IMG/VR virus record: IMGVR_UViG_3300032225_001769
Coordinates: 12,612-76,611 of that record
DNA from: a virus
Lineage: Duplodnaviria; Heunggongvirae; Uroviricota; Caudoviricetes
DNA: 64,000 nt
Direction: 5' to 3' (one strand)
The position numbers were made by a program, and so were the translations under genes. Below are positions 44,750-55,591 of the stretch, piece after piece (position 1 is the stretch's first letter; each line of letters begins with the position of its first letter). The notes under the pieces were generated by a model that was not told the origin of the DNA, searched no databases, and saw nothing but the letters and a program-made list of their open reading frames with translations.

Positions 44750-45592
44750 TTATCCAATAAAATCATATGGTGGTAGTTCGTATTCAGTTACCATTCTTTG
44801 TCTAATATCTTCCAATTCTTTTTCAGCGTCTTCATATATTTCTCTACCATTTAATTCAATTCCTCCAGGAAGTTTTACTCCTCTAAATTTTATAAGATTT
44901 TGTCCCCATTGCTTTTTAATTAATGAAGTGAGGTATTTTTTAATGAAACTATCATTATAGACATTAGTAAAATCATTTGGGTCTAAAATTCTATAGCAAT
45001 CAATTACAAAAAAGGTATCTGCTTTCTGTGCTTGCCAATCAATATCTAAGTACATTCTATTTTGTCTTTTATTAAATCTTATCTGTTTATCAGTTTTTAG
45101 AAGAAAATCAATATCTTCCAAATATGATTTAACCATAGCAAATTGAAGAAGTTCAACAGAATTGAAATAATATAAATCATTTAAAAATAACTGATATTTA
45201 ATACTAAACATTCCTCCAGAAATGTCACTAGTATCAAATTTATATACCTTTTCAATACCAATTACTGAATCTGGAATTTGAATGAAATTGGAAGTCTCAT
45301 AAAAATTGAAAGTAGTAGATCCAATACCACTAATATTTGCAGATCCTGTTGTGGTTACGATTCCAACTCCATTAGTTCCCTTACCTCGACCCCGAGCCAA
45401 ATCCTGTTCAGTTACCTTGTATTTCAAATACATTCTTTCAACACCATCAAAATGCCTCTCCTGGAAGTACTGTAAGGCGTCATCAACCAAATCATCTATT
45501 TGGTCATCATCGACGTTAATTTCCAGTACAGGGGCACCTAGACGCCTTAGGCAGTAATCTACGAGTTGTTGTCTGCTTGCTGGTTTTGCCAT
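44750..45592 (-). CDS. gp13: Neck protein gp13
   Basis: LRRLGAPVLEINV, KKQWGQNLIKF, LPGG..LNG. Confidence 0.96.
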   Translation of the reverse strand: MAKPASRQQLVDYCLRRLGAPVLEINVDDDQIDDLVDDALQYFQERHFDGVERMYLKYKVTEQDLARGRGKGTNGVGIVTTTGSANISGIGSTTFNFYETSNFIQIPDSVIGIEKVYKFDTSDISGGMFSIKYQLFLNDLYYFNSVELLQFAMVKSYLEDIDFLLKTDKQIRFNKRQNRMYLDIDWQAQKADTFFVIDCYRILDPNDFTNVYNDSFIKKYLTSLIKKQWGQNLIKFRGVKLPGGIELNGREIYEDAEKELEDIRQRMVTEYELPPYDFIG

Positions 45593-45921
45593 TAGTATTC
45601 ACCACCATCTATAGTTAAAAGTATAGTACCTTTCACAATTAAATCTCCACCAATATATAAATCACCTGCAAATGATGTAATTCCAGTAACATTTAATCTA
45701 TATGTCGATGTTATTCCAGTTACATTTAAATTTTTTAAATTTCTTAAAGTATCTGTGGTGATAAAATTTCCACTATTTGATGCATATTCTAGTACGTATC
45801 CATCCGCAAGTGATGATGCATCAACATCACTTAAATCTACTAATCTGTTGGATGGTGCAATACTATTAGAGAGTACTCTAATAACATTTTGTCCACCAAT
45901 TCTATCTGGTATAGTTGGCAT
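45592..45921 (-). CDS. Small virion-associated hypothetical protein
   Basis: LVDLSDVD, C-terminal IDGGEY. Confidence 0.7.
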   Translation of the reverse strand: MPTIPDRIGGQNVIRVLSNSIAPSNRLVDLSDVDASSLADGYVLEYASNSGNFITTDTLRNLKNLNVTGITSTYRLNVTGITSFAGDLYIGGDLIVKGTILLTIDGGEY

Positions 45922-46271
45922 TATCGTGTAACTCCTGCTCTAACTAGGGCCATTCCTTCCACTGCTTTATATTTTTTTCCACCAGAACCAAGTCCCACAT
46001 GCTCCAACATCACATCATAAACATATCTTCCAGGTTTCAAATTTGAAGTTTGATCATCTGTTAATGAAATTTGGATTGCTCCGACAAGAGGATCAATTAT
46101 TGTTGATGCAAAAGAAACAGAAGTTGAACTAGAAGGACTTTTACGCAACTGTGAAGTTGCGGAATATCCAGAGATATTCAGGGCCGAATTTGTTCTAGCA
46201 TCCTCTAATCCAAATATAGTGGAAAAGTCAAATCCTTGATCAATGACAATATTAGAAACATAGACTGCCAT
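45921..46271 (-). CDS. Small virion structural protein (BppU-like beta fold possible)
   Basis: NIVIDQGFDF, QLRKS, LKPGRYVYDV. Late promoter upstream. Confidence 0.7.
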   Translation of the reverse strand: MAVYVSNIVIDQGFDFSTIFGLEDARTNSALNISGYSATSQLRKSPSSSTSVSFASTIIDPLVGAIQISLTDDQTSNLKPGRYVYDVMLEHVGLGSGGKKYKAVEGMALVRAGVTR

Positions 46272-46312
46272 TTTTTTAATATATTCCTTAAGACTATTTA
46301 TATCTTAAAGAT

Positions 46313-46483
46313 TCATAGGGTCATAAGAGATGTGAGAGTTTCTTGCTGCTTTAAATAAAGTTTGCAATATAGTTTTGCAAATAACTTCAATTCATCTGCG
46401 TTTAATTCATCAATTAACCTAGATTGCTTTTCATATTCAAAAAGTTTATTAATACTTTTTAAATCAATATCATTTGGATGCAT
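46313..46483 (-). CDS. Small helical protein (56 aa, not in ORF track)
   Basis: MHPNDIDLKSINKLFEYEKQSRLIDELNADELKLFAKLYCKLYLKQQETLTSLMTL. Confidence 0.7.
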   Translation of the reverse strand: MHPNDIDLKSINKLFEYEKQSRLIDELNADELKLFAKLYCKLYLKQQETLTSLMTL

Positions 46484-46670
46484 TTAATAACTCCTTGAGA
46501 ATGGATTTAATTTCGTCAATATCATTTCGCATTTCATCTAATTGTCTTTTTTCAGAATCTCTTTTATTGAGAGAGTTGACATAATTATTATATGATAATG
46601 TATCACAATTCACAATAGCACCAGTTCGTTCATCTCGATATAGATTTGGATAACCTTCAACTTTTATCAT
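46470..46670 (-). CDS. Small conserved hypothetical protein
   Basis: MIKVEGYPNLYRDERTGAIVN plus a coiled-coil tail. Confidence 0.8.
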   Translation of the reverse strand: MIKVEGYPNLYRDERTGAIVNCDTLSYNNYVNSLNKRDSEKRQLDEMRNDIDEIKSILKELLNASK

Positions 46671-49600
46671 CGGATTGCTATCGTTCTAAGTTGTTTAATT
46701 ATTGGAACATATGCTTGATTTGTTCCTGAGAAAACAATTTTAATTCTATATCCAGTAAATAACCCAAGATTATCTGCAGTAAATTGATATTCTTTAAATT
46801 CGCCATTTAAACTTGACGAAACGATTGTATCAGGTCTTCCACTATTCTTGGATAAATCTACAACAGAATATCCATCATTGTTGATATATGAGATATTATC
46901 ATAACCTGGGAAAAGTTCAAATGATTGTGCAACTTCACTAGAATCTGCTCTATCTAGACTATAAAGAACTCTAAAATCCGAAGATTCATGACAATAAGCA
47001 GACAGAATAACCTTCAAGCATTTTGCTGGGTTACTTAGTAAAATAGTGTTAGAGACATATACTGCGGAATGTGGATCATATATTGTAGAATTCACCCTGC
47101 CATCATATGCATAATCTGTAATTGGTCGATTAATTCTATTACTATAAAATTCAGTAAATGCAGTATCAGTAAAAAGTGCTGGAGATAAGTTTTTATCGGT
47201 AGTAGTAAATGTTATTCCAGTAGTAAATGATTTATTTCTGGGTAGATTGGTTAATTTTATAGATTCATTTACTTTGGAGCACACAATTCTTGTAGAATTT
47301 AAACTATTTAACTGTCCTAGTTGTACTGGTTCAAATGAATTGTCTAGGAATGAAGTTTCATTTCCGCCTATACTAGTCCCAGTAACAGATCTAATCTTTG
47401 CATTTATAGATGTTGCAGATCCTGGAGTTAAGATGTCATAAGTTGGAACTAAAGCATTAAACTGAATATTTTCTGTTGCTAAAACTTTAGATCCACCAAG
47501 AGTTTGTTGACTTGTGAATGAAAGTTGAGGAGCACCAGTGAGAGATCCATCATTACTTCGGTTTATTCCATTTCCATTTGCTGAAGTGTCAATTTCTACA
47601 TAGTATCCATCTAGTCCAATATTAAGATCGCTGATATCATGTGTTTTATTGATTCTTCTTAAAGAAATTCCATTCAATTCATACTTATACATTAAACTAT
47701 TAATTGAATGAGTAGAAACAATAGTAGAATCAATTCCTCTTCCTCCAGAAATTAATGTCAATGCCCCACCAGAGGTAACTTGACTATATCCAATAATCTC
47801 ATTATCAATTTTTACATATCCTGGATTATTTGCACTGACTGCAATTCCTTCAAAAGTTGCAAAACTTGTAGTATCTCCAATAGCAACGCTAATTGAAGAT
47901 ATATTTTCCGCAAGCAATTCTGAGGTTAATACAACCGGAGCAACATTAGACTTGACATTTTTGAGTGATAATTGATTTGTATTTGAATACATTCCGTGAT
48001 CAAAATGATCAACTTTCAAGAAATTTCCAGAATTGGTATTTGTTGGACTTACTTGAGAAGTTACGGAAGAACTGATAATAGAAGTATTTGCAAAAGAAAT
48101 CCTAGATCCAGAATCACTATAATATACTAAGTTTGCAGTTCCATTTTTAGTAAAATCTTCCGCTTGAACTCCAGTAAGATACAGAGTATCAATAGTATTT
48201 ACAGTAATGGTAATTCTCGCACCTACGCCAGTTCCACTTCCAGCACCCACAGTTGATGTTACAATTCCTACAACATCTCCTGTTGCATATCCATTTCCAG
48301 CAGATACAATAGTTGGTGTCCCAGTAATTACTCCATTAGATGCTGTAATATTTAAAGTCAATCCAGATCCTTGTCCAGTAATATTAAACGTTGATACATT
48401 TGTATCAGTGATATAATTTTTTCCACCCGTAGTGAGTCCAACAGAAGCAACTAAACCTCCAGTACTAATAATAGTACCATATCTATATGCAATTGTACTT
48501 TCCCCAACTTTTCTTCCTGCAGTTAAAATTCCAGAAAGATTGGATGATGTAGTAATTCCAATAGTAGCAGTTTTTGGTAATGTTGTCAGTGGGTTATTAT
48601 TTAATTTTTGTACGTATCCATTACTTTCATCTAATGTTGGGTTGTAGAAAAATGCTGTACCAGTATCTGATGTAAATTCTGCTTTATACAGTTTAAACTT
48701 CAAATCTTGCATGTCACTTGGTGTCCATTCTGCGCCATTTTGGGATTTATATAATCTACCAAGAGAAAATTGTCTCGTATATCTGATGCTATCAGCATCT
48801 GGTAAGGATGCAGTATTTACAGTTTTCTCTTTCATTACCGCAGTCCATAAGTAATACTTATCACTTGTATCAGCAATGACAACTATTGCATATTGTTTTC
48901 CTGGAGGCAAGTAAATTGGGGATGGGAATACTACGTGAGTTGCAACTTCTGCATTATCTGAAATTGAAATATCCTCAGGTCTTAATACTGCAGGAGTTCC
49001 AAGAACACTTCTTGTTGGGATTCCAAATTCAACAGTTCTTATTTCAACTCTTACCGGATTATTTCCACTATCTTTTGTTGCAAAATATAAATCTACTGCA
49101 GTTAAAAATGCTCCATTTGCATCATCATTTGTATTGATTGTGGATGGTGATTCTATTTTGCCACCAACAGCAAAAGTTTGTGCTAAAGGATCGTAATATC
49201 TGGCATGAGTTACATATTCTTTCCATGTTTGAGTTTGTGTTGTTTCATTTGTAGTCATTGTAGTCGTAACTACATTTTCAAATATTTCAACCGTGCCTTC
49301 TGAAGTGTAAAGTGCTTCTGCACTGGAAAGATCTTTATTTCCTGGGAGAGGTGCTTGATTAGTGGAACTTGATGTTATTCTAAATGTTTTTTTGCCAGTA
49401 TTAATTCTTACTGTAGGGGCAGGATCCGTATTGGGATTTTTTAGGAAAAATGTACCAATTAAATCGCCACAATTGTCAGAAATTAATCTAAGATCTTTAA
49501 CATAAGCAACTGCTCCAGTTTTTTGTCCAACTAATCTCATACCCCTTTTCAAATAACCATAATATTTTCCTTGAGCCTCCTCACATAAAGAATAAGTGTC

Positions 49601-52600
49601 AATATTTAAAACCTTTGATGAAGAACTATATGCCGAAGGTAACTTTTCATCAGGAAAATATGGATTTATTTGGTATTTTTTTGATGGTGAATTGAATTGT
49701 CCATACTTATGATCTCCTGAAGCAACTCTAAAAGTAATTAAATCTTCGCCACCATAAGTTCCAATTACAGTTTCACCAACCTCAAATTGCTTTGATGCTC
49801 CATAATTTTGTAGTGTACTATCATTTGCAATTTCTACAAGTTTTGGTACAAAATCTATAGAACTATTTCCATCAAGAAAATGATAGAATTGTGTTTTTGG
49901 TTTTAAATTGGATGAAGAAAATTCAGTATTTCTAGATCTCATGTATTGTTCTGCGGAAGATCCCAAAAATAATCTTTCTGTTGATACACTAATATCTGTA
50001 GAACTGGTCGTTACATTTTTACTAGAATTTAATACTTCAATTCTATCACTAGTACGAATGCTCCCATTACCAGTAAATTCTACTTGCCCAACTGTATGTA
50101 CATCAGGGCCCGAAACTACTCCAAGATCCAATTTCATAGATTTTGATATGGAAACTTGTCTGTCAGATAATTGTACAGTTCTAACCCAATGATCTTCTTC
50201 AGGAGTTAATTTTATAATTCCAATATATTCTAAAATGTGAAATGGATTTACATTTTCTTGAGTAGTTGCAAAAGGTTGCTCTATCCATCCAACAGAATTA
50301 TACTTTAATGTTACAATTTTTCCAGTTTTTTGTACATTTGAATCTAATAGTTCAAAATTGGTAGATAGGTCTAAGGTTTCATCAGTCGTACTGGATGCTG
50401 GTGCTAATTGACTTTTAAGCGTATTTCTACTTATAATAGGTCGCAGTTCATTACCACCAATAGATGACCCAGATTCTGATATTTGAATTTTGGATACATC
50501 CATATTAATTAAATTATAATTTTTAAAGTCATCTACAAAAAATCCAGATTTGAATCTATCTTTTCCATCAGCATCTTGAATTTGAAGCGATGCTGTTGAT
50601 GACTCTAATAATGATAGAGAAGTGACTCTTTCCAAATTACCAACTCTATTTTCTATTAATCCAATATCTCTCATTGTATATCTTCTATTGTCAAGAAGAG
50701 ATATTTGTGCATCTGAAGGATTATAGAGATATGGTGGTAAAGTAATGGTTGCAATTTCCATTACATCATCATTTTTGTTGGGCGGTTTTGGTGTTTTTGA
50801 AGATATTCCTTTCTGAAGCAATAAAGTGCCAAATTTATTTACATACACCTTATCAATTCTTGCCAAATAATATTCATATCCAATCAAAGAACTTTCGTTT
50901 GGTGATAAAATCGTTCCATTTGTAAAAGTTCTTGAATCAAAATCGAATGGGGATTTAGTTACCGAAGAAAATACTGGCACTCTTGGTCTAAAATCTAAAG
51001 TATCAGAACATCTAATTCCCTTAGATCCAATAGCAGGTATATCTCTTAAAAATCTTTGTTCATCATAACTTAATACAGTAAATACATCTCCAGAATCACT
51101 TGTAGGTACAGTATAGTAATCGAACACTAGAAGTAATTGTTTGGAAGGTTGTGTAGTATTATCATTTCTAACAATTTTGGAATAATCATAATATTGTTCT
51201 TTTTGACCTTTATCCAATTTGTAGGAAGATGTTAAATTTTTATATTTTCCTTCAGTTATTGAGATAATATCTGTAGTAATATTTGATTCTTCAAATGATG
51301 CGGATTCTCCAGAAGAAAATTTATTTTCATTCAAATATACAACTCCCAAAATATTTGAAGCTGGTATTTTTTCAACTATTCTTGCGATTGCTTTGCTAGA
51401 ATTTCCTAATATATTTTCACCAATTATTGCATTTGCATATACATTTGCACTTGCACTAAATTCAATTTTGTCCAATACCGGAGCACTAGTACCAAAGGAT
51501 TCATAAATTGCAAGTACCTTTGCTACATCGGGATAATTCAGACAAATTTCTTCATCTTGAACTCTTAATCCATAAAATTTATTATATGTTAATCCATCAT
51601 TAAGTGATGAACTAGTATTACTTCCAGATTCTGCATATTTTGATAATGTTATATTAAGTGTTTTACTTCTATTATATTCCTTTTTCTTACTTTTGATTCC
51701 ATTTTTAATTAATGATGCATTAATAACTGAACCAGTGTCAGATGCTTTGGTTAAATTACTTACAGTTACTGTATTTCCTGATAATGAAAATTTGTCAGAT
51801 GTTAATGGTTCGATTACACCATCAGAATAGTGAATTGAATATCTTTCTTCGTCAAATGTTTGCAAAAATGAACTGGTAATCCCAACAAAATCTGAGGTAT
51901 TAAAACTTAAACTATTTGAAGATACGTTTTTAGTTATTTGTGAAGAAATCGAAATATTTGATCCCGATAGATTTACTGATGAAATATTTCTATCCGGTAA
52001 TTCTGCATACAAAAATCCGGAAGTATTATTTCTTATAGTTGGCGATCCAATTAAAACCTCATATTGTCCTGTGGTTGGTAAAGATCCATCACATACATTA
52101 GTGACGCTAGTAGTAGTGCCAACTGTAATTGAAAGTCCATCTGCAGAAACTTGAGTTACTCTATTGAATGTCTCTACGAGTAAACCAGGTTCTTTATATC
52201 TAATGATACTTCCTAATTTTATTCCGGTAAAAATTGATCCGTTAGATGTTGTAGTTCCAGTACTTCCATCAATATTCACCTTTACGATACCATTTGGTAA
52301 TCTGAATTTTTCTAGATAAGAATCTGCAATAAATGCAGCAGTATATCCAGATACGGCAGTTGACTGATATACTGATTTAATATCGTCTGTAGAATATACT
52401 TGAATTAATTTAATAGTTCTGGGAAAATCTACACCATTGAGTTGAATTTGTTCATCAACAGAAAATGATCCCGAAGTTTGGCGCAAATATACTATTGCTG
52501 ATCCACTACCATCAGCAGTAGCATACCCAGTTGCTCCACTACTTTTTCCTTTAATAAATGAAGTTTTTGGCAATTCTGAAGAAGATACTGAAGAATTTAA

Positions 52601-54004
52601 GGTGATCTTAGTATATGTCTGAATATCATATAGATATAGATCCCATTTTGTGGATGCATCATAATAAGCAGCATCTGTTAAATTCAGTGTATATGCACGA
52701 GCGTCTCCAATTTTAGTCCCACCTGTGGGAACAGCACTTGTTGAATCCTTTCTCAAATCATAAAGATCTATAGTTGATCTAAATTTTGGAGTTCCCGAAG
52801 CGTTATTAACCCTCAGAAGATTTCCCATCTCAAATGGAACATTTACTCCCGAGATTGATTCTGTATCTCTAGGTTTATCGACATCAAGAATAGTTGTACC
52901 TGTGGTGGTTACATCATATCCCTTAACGTAACATTTTCCTGGAGATATTTTTACACACATCAAGTCATCTGATGGAGTATTCCCTTGATCTGTTTTTTCA
53001 TTACTAAAAAATATTCCATTATTGCCAAGTCTATCATTTAATGAATTATGTATTGAAGGAATAAACGGATCTACTGAATAATCTCCAGATTCATCATAAG
53101 TTCTTTTTGCGAAATAGTCCTTTATTAGCGAATATTGAGTTTGCGCTTCAATTTTTTTAATCTTTCCATCTTGAACTCGTAAAAGTTCAATAAAATCTGT
53201 ATCATTAGTATCTGTTAAGAGTTTTTTGGTTAAACTTAAATTAATCTTAAATCTATCTGCTCCAGGAGCTGCATAGTTTGTAAAACCCTTTGCATTATCA
53301 AATAAGGTATTATTATCTTTAGATGTGATGATTAATTCATCAACTTTTAAACCTACTCTGTATGATGGTGTGTTTGTATAATAATCTAGAATTAATGTAT
53401 CGTTCTCAACATTCGCAAAATATCCTCTAACAAAATATACACCCTTTGCAATAGAAACAGCAGATCCTATAGAAGTTGCATTTGTTGCTATTAAGGATGC
53501 AAAAGGAGATCCCGCATTAATAGTAGTATTTCCATACACTATGGATTCATTTGCAGACAAATACTCCCCATCTTCGAAGGGGTTGAATACAAAATTATTA
53601 TCAGAGTCTGAATATTTTACATATACTGTCAAATATTCTACATTATTGCCATCAGGTAAAACAACTTTTTGAATAGTTGCAGTTGTTCCTGAAGATTGCC
53701 CGATTATTTTTTTACCTACAAAATAATCAATATATGCCGAAATATCTGTTCCAAAATTACTTGGATTTAGTTTTACGGAATAATATTGACCATCATATCC
53801 AATATTTCCTGGGATCACCATTGATCCCTCTTTAAACATATGACTACCAAAAGATTCTATCTGGTTTTGAAGAATCGATTGAGACGTTGTTAATTCTCTA
53901 GCCTGAACTGGTCGCCCTGGATTAAATAAAACTTTATAAAAATTCTTTTCAGAATCAAAGTCGTCATAATATGGACTAACATTTAAATTCGTTTTTTGTG
54001 CCAT
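46667..54004 (-). CDS. Very large virion structural protein (DUF4815/VrlC-like)
   Basis: NLNVSPYYDDF, QARELT..QSILQ, YAAPGADR, RFKSGFFVDDF, DPLAQTF. Confidence 0.85.
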   Translation of the reverse strand: MAQKTNLNVSPYYDDFDSEKNFYKVLFNPGRPVQARELTTSQSILQNQIESFGSHMFKEGSMVIPGNIGYDGQYYSVKLNPSNFGTDISAYIDYFVGKKIIGQSSGTTATIQKVVLPDGNNVEYLTVYVKYSDSDNNFVFNPFEDGEYLSANESIVYGNTTINAGSPFASLIATNATSIGSAVSIAKGVYFVRGYFANVENDTLILDYYTNTPSYRVGLKVDELIITSKDNNTLFDNAKGFTNYAAPGADRFKINLSLTKKLLTDTNDTDFIELLRVQDGKIKKIEAQTQYSLIKDYFAKRTYDESGDYSVDPFIPSIHNSLNDRLGNNGIFFSNEKTDQGNTPSDDLMCVKISPGKCYVKGYDVTTTGTTILDVDKPRDTESISGVNVPFEMGNLLRVNNASGTPKFRSTIDLYDLRKDSTSAVPTGGTKIGDARAYTLNLTDAAYYDASTKWDLYLYDIQTYTKITLNSSVSSSELPKTSFIKGKSSGATGYATADGSGSAIVYLRQTSGSFSVDEQIQLNGVDFPRTIKLIQVYSTDDIKSVYQSTAVSGYTAAFIADSYLEKFRLPNGIVKVNIDGSTGTTTSNGSIFTGIKLGSIIRYKEPGLLVETFNRVTQVSADGLSITVGTTTSVTNVCDGSLPTTGQYEVLIGSPTIRNNTSGFLYAELPDRNISSVNLSGSNISISSQITKNVSSNSLSFNTSDFVGITSSFLQTFDEERYSIHYSDGVIEPLTSDKFSLSGNTVTVSNLTKASDTGSVINASLIKNGIKSKKKEYNRSKTLNITLSKYAESGSNTSSSLNDGLTYNKFYGLRVQDEEICLNYPDVAKVLAIYESFGTSAPVLDKIEFSASANVYANAIIGENILGNSSKAIARIVEKIPASNILGVVYLNENKFSSGESASFEESNITTDIISITEGKYKNLTSSYKLDKGQKEQYYDYSKIVRNDNTTQPSKQLLLVFDYYTVPTSDSGDVFTVLSYDEQRFLRDIPAIGSKGIRCSDTLDFRPRVPVFSSVTKSPFDFDSRTFTNGTILSPNESSLIGYEYYLARIDKVYVNKFGTLLLQKGISSKTPKPPNKNDDVMEIATITLPPYLYNPSDAQISLLDNRRYTMRDIGLIENRVGNLERVTSLSLLESSTASLQIQDADGKDRFKSGFFVDDFKNYNLINMDVSKIQISESGSSIGGNELRPIISRNTLKSQLAPASSTTDETLDLSTNFELLDSNVQKTGKIVTLKYNSVGWIEQPFATTQENVNPFHILEYIGIIKLTPEEDHWVRTVQLSDRQVSISKSMKLDLGVVSGPDVHTVGQVEFTGNGSIRTSDRIEVLNSSKNVTTSSTDISVSTERLFLGSSAEQYMRSRNTEFSSSNLKPKTQFYHFLDGNSSIDFVPKLVEIANDSTLQNYGASKQFEVGETVIGTYGGEDLITFRVASGDHKYGQFNSPSKKYQINPYFPDEKLPSAYSSSSKVLNIDTYSLCEEAQGKYYGYLKRGMRLVGQKTGAVAYVKDLRLISDNCGDLIGTFFLKNPNTDPAPTVRINTGKKTFRITSSSTNQAPLPGNKDLSSAEALYTSEGTVEIFENVVTTTMTTNETTQTQTWKEYVTHARYYDPLAQTFAVGGKIESPSTINTNDDANGAFLTAVDLYFATKDSGNNPVRVEIRTVEFGIPTRSVLGTPAVLRPEDISISDNAEVATHVVFPSPIYLPPGKQYAIVVIADTSDKYYLWTAVMKEKTVNTASLPDADSIRYTRQFSLGRLYKSQNGAEWTPSDMQDLKFKLYKAEFTSDTGTAFFYNPTLDESNGYVQKLNNNPLTTLPKTATIGITTSSNLSGILTAGRKVGESTIAYRYGTIISTGGLVASVGLTTGGKNYITDTNVSTFNITGQGSGLTLNITASNGVITGTPTIVSAGNGYATGDVVGIVTSTVGAGSGTGVGARITITVNTIDTLYLTGVQAEDFTKNGTANLVYYSDSGSRISFANTSIISSSVTSQVSPTNTNSGNFLKVDHFDHGMYSNTNQLSLKNVKSNVAPVVLTSELLAENISSISVAIGDTTSFATFEGIAVSANNPGYVKIDNEIIGYSQVTSGGALTLISGGRGIDSTIVSTHSINSLMYKYELNGISLRRINKTHDISDLNIGLDGYYVEIDTSANGNGINRSNDGSLTGAPQLSFTSQQTLGGSKVLATENIQFNALVPTYDILTPGSATSINAKIRSVTGTSIGGNETSFLDNSFEPVQLGQLNSLNSTRIVCSKVNESIKLTNLPRNKSFTTGITFTTTDKNLSPALFTDTAFTEFYSNRINRPITDYAYDGRVNSTIYDPHSAVYVSNTILLSNPAKCLKVILSAYCHESSDFRVLYSLDRADSSEVAQSFELFPGYDNISYINNDGYSVVDLSKNSGRPDTIVSSSLNGEFKEYQFTADNLGLFTGYRIKIVFSGTNQAYVPIIKQLRTIAIR

Positions 54005-54010
54005 TTTTCT

Positions 54011-55561
54011 TTAAAATTCCAGGATAATTTTAATGTCTTCTTTTTGTCGTGAACTTCTGGAGACTAGAGCTCTATTATCGATGTAAATAATATCTCCCGA
54101 TGATTTATTTATCTCGGGATTTGCCAATCCTTTTGTGAAAGTGACACCGAGATCTATGACTTTATTTCCCACAGTAATTTTATTTGTTGGGGTTGGATCA
54201 CCAAAAGTTGTATCAATAGATCCTGAAAAGGGTGAAATTGTTCCACCAGATGAACTAAATGTCAATACTTCCGCATCATTGCTTACAGTATTATAATCTG
54301 TCTGATCACCAGAGTTGCTATTAGATCCGAAAAATAATGATCTATCTTGATAATATTTTAAAACCTGAGTTTCACTATCATAAGAAGCAACATATCCCCT
54401 TGCAGTTCCACCACTAACTGTTTGTGTAATTCTATTACCAATTGTGGGAGTGCCAGAAGATAATTTCATTGAATATAATGATGAATATTGATTATCTTTA
54501 AAAATGGAATTACTTGAATATGTAGTTGGATTTTTTAAGATACCAATTTGTGAAAAAGTAGTGTCTGTTGGAAAATCTTTGGTAGAATCATCAAATCGTG
54601 CATAAATTAAAACTTTATCAGTACCCAATTCGGCATAAATGTCATATCCATGACCTTTAGATGGTGGAATAATTGGTATAAGTTTTGCTGGATTGCTAAT
54701 ACTTGAAGGTTGGACTGATCCTAAATCAACTATACCATAGGTATATCCAGAACCTCCAGAAACCACGGTAGTTGAAACTATTACACCATTTTCAGTTTCG
54801 ACTAAAACTTTGCCCCCAGTTCCATCGCCAAGAATATTACAAGTTCCACTACTATATCCAATTCCACCATTTTCAATGTAAACTTTTTTAATCTGATTAT
54901 TGTTTGCAGTGGAATCTCCATTTTCTCTGACTCTAACTATTTCAGAATCGATAGTTGTCGTTGTCCAATCATTAGGAACAACAATATATTCAGTAGAATC
55001 AAATTTAATTACATCTGATGGGGAAATTGTAAAAAGATATTTCCAAATATATCCATCTCCACTCTCTCCAGCTGGAGATGGTTCTACATCTGTAAATTTC
55101 GGTTCGTCTAAAGACCCATTAATTGATGGATTTATACCAGAAGACCCATTATCAATACAGATATAGACCCTATAATCACTATTAATAACATAATAGTTTG
55201 CATCATAAAGTCTATTTTGTTTACTTATTGGCGTTTGATTTGAAATAGTGTAATCATGCCTATACATTTCATATTTTGTATTGACAGACCATTCATTCTT
55301 TCTTATAATTCTTCTAACATTTGAACTGGTAATTCTTTTACCAAAGATAGATGTGTCACGATAATGACTCAGATAACTAAGATTATCAATTGGTGATGGT
55401 GGATCAATATTCCATGTAGTACTTCTTCCAAATCCAACTTCTGTGGGATTTGTCAATCCAAGAAAAACATAATATGCATTATCTTTCGTAGGATCTGTTA
55501 TAGATTCTATAAAATTAGATGCATTTAAAATTCTAAACTGATCTGTTACAACTGCGGCCAT
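54011..55561 (-). CDS. gp8: Baseplate wedge subunit gp8
   Basis: YYVINSDYRVYICIDNG, DGYIWKYLFTI, IIPPSKGHG, RQKEDIKIILEF. Confidence 0.93.
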   Translation of the reverse strand: MAAVVTDQFRILNASNFIESITDPTKDNAYYVFLGLTNPTEVGFGRSTTWNIDPPSPIDNLSYLSHYRDTSIFGKRITSSNVRRIIRKNEWSVNTKYEMYRHDYTISNQTPISKQNRLYDANYYVINSDYRVYICIDNGSSGINPSINGSLDEPKFTDVEPSPAGESGDGYIWKYLFTISPSDVIKFDSTEYIVVPNDWTTTTIDSEIVRVRENGDSTANNNQIKKVYIENGGIGYSSGTCNILGDGTGGKVLVETENGVIVSTTVVSGGSGYTYGIVDLGSVQPSSISNPAKLIPIIPPSKGHGYDIYAELGTDKVLIYARFDDSTKDFPTDTTFSQIGILKNPTTYSSNSIFKDNQYSSLYSMKLSSGTPTIGNRITQTVSGGTARGYVASYDSETQVLKYYQDRSLFFGSNSNSGDQTDYNTVSNDAEVLTFSSSGGTISPFSGSIDTTFGDPTPTNKITVGNKVIDLGVTFTKGLANPEINKSSGDIIYIDNRALVSRSSRQKEDIKIILEF

Positions 55562-55591
55562 ATTATTAGTTTTTTCTATATTTATAATTTA

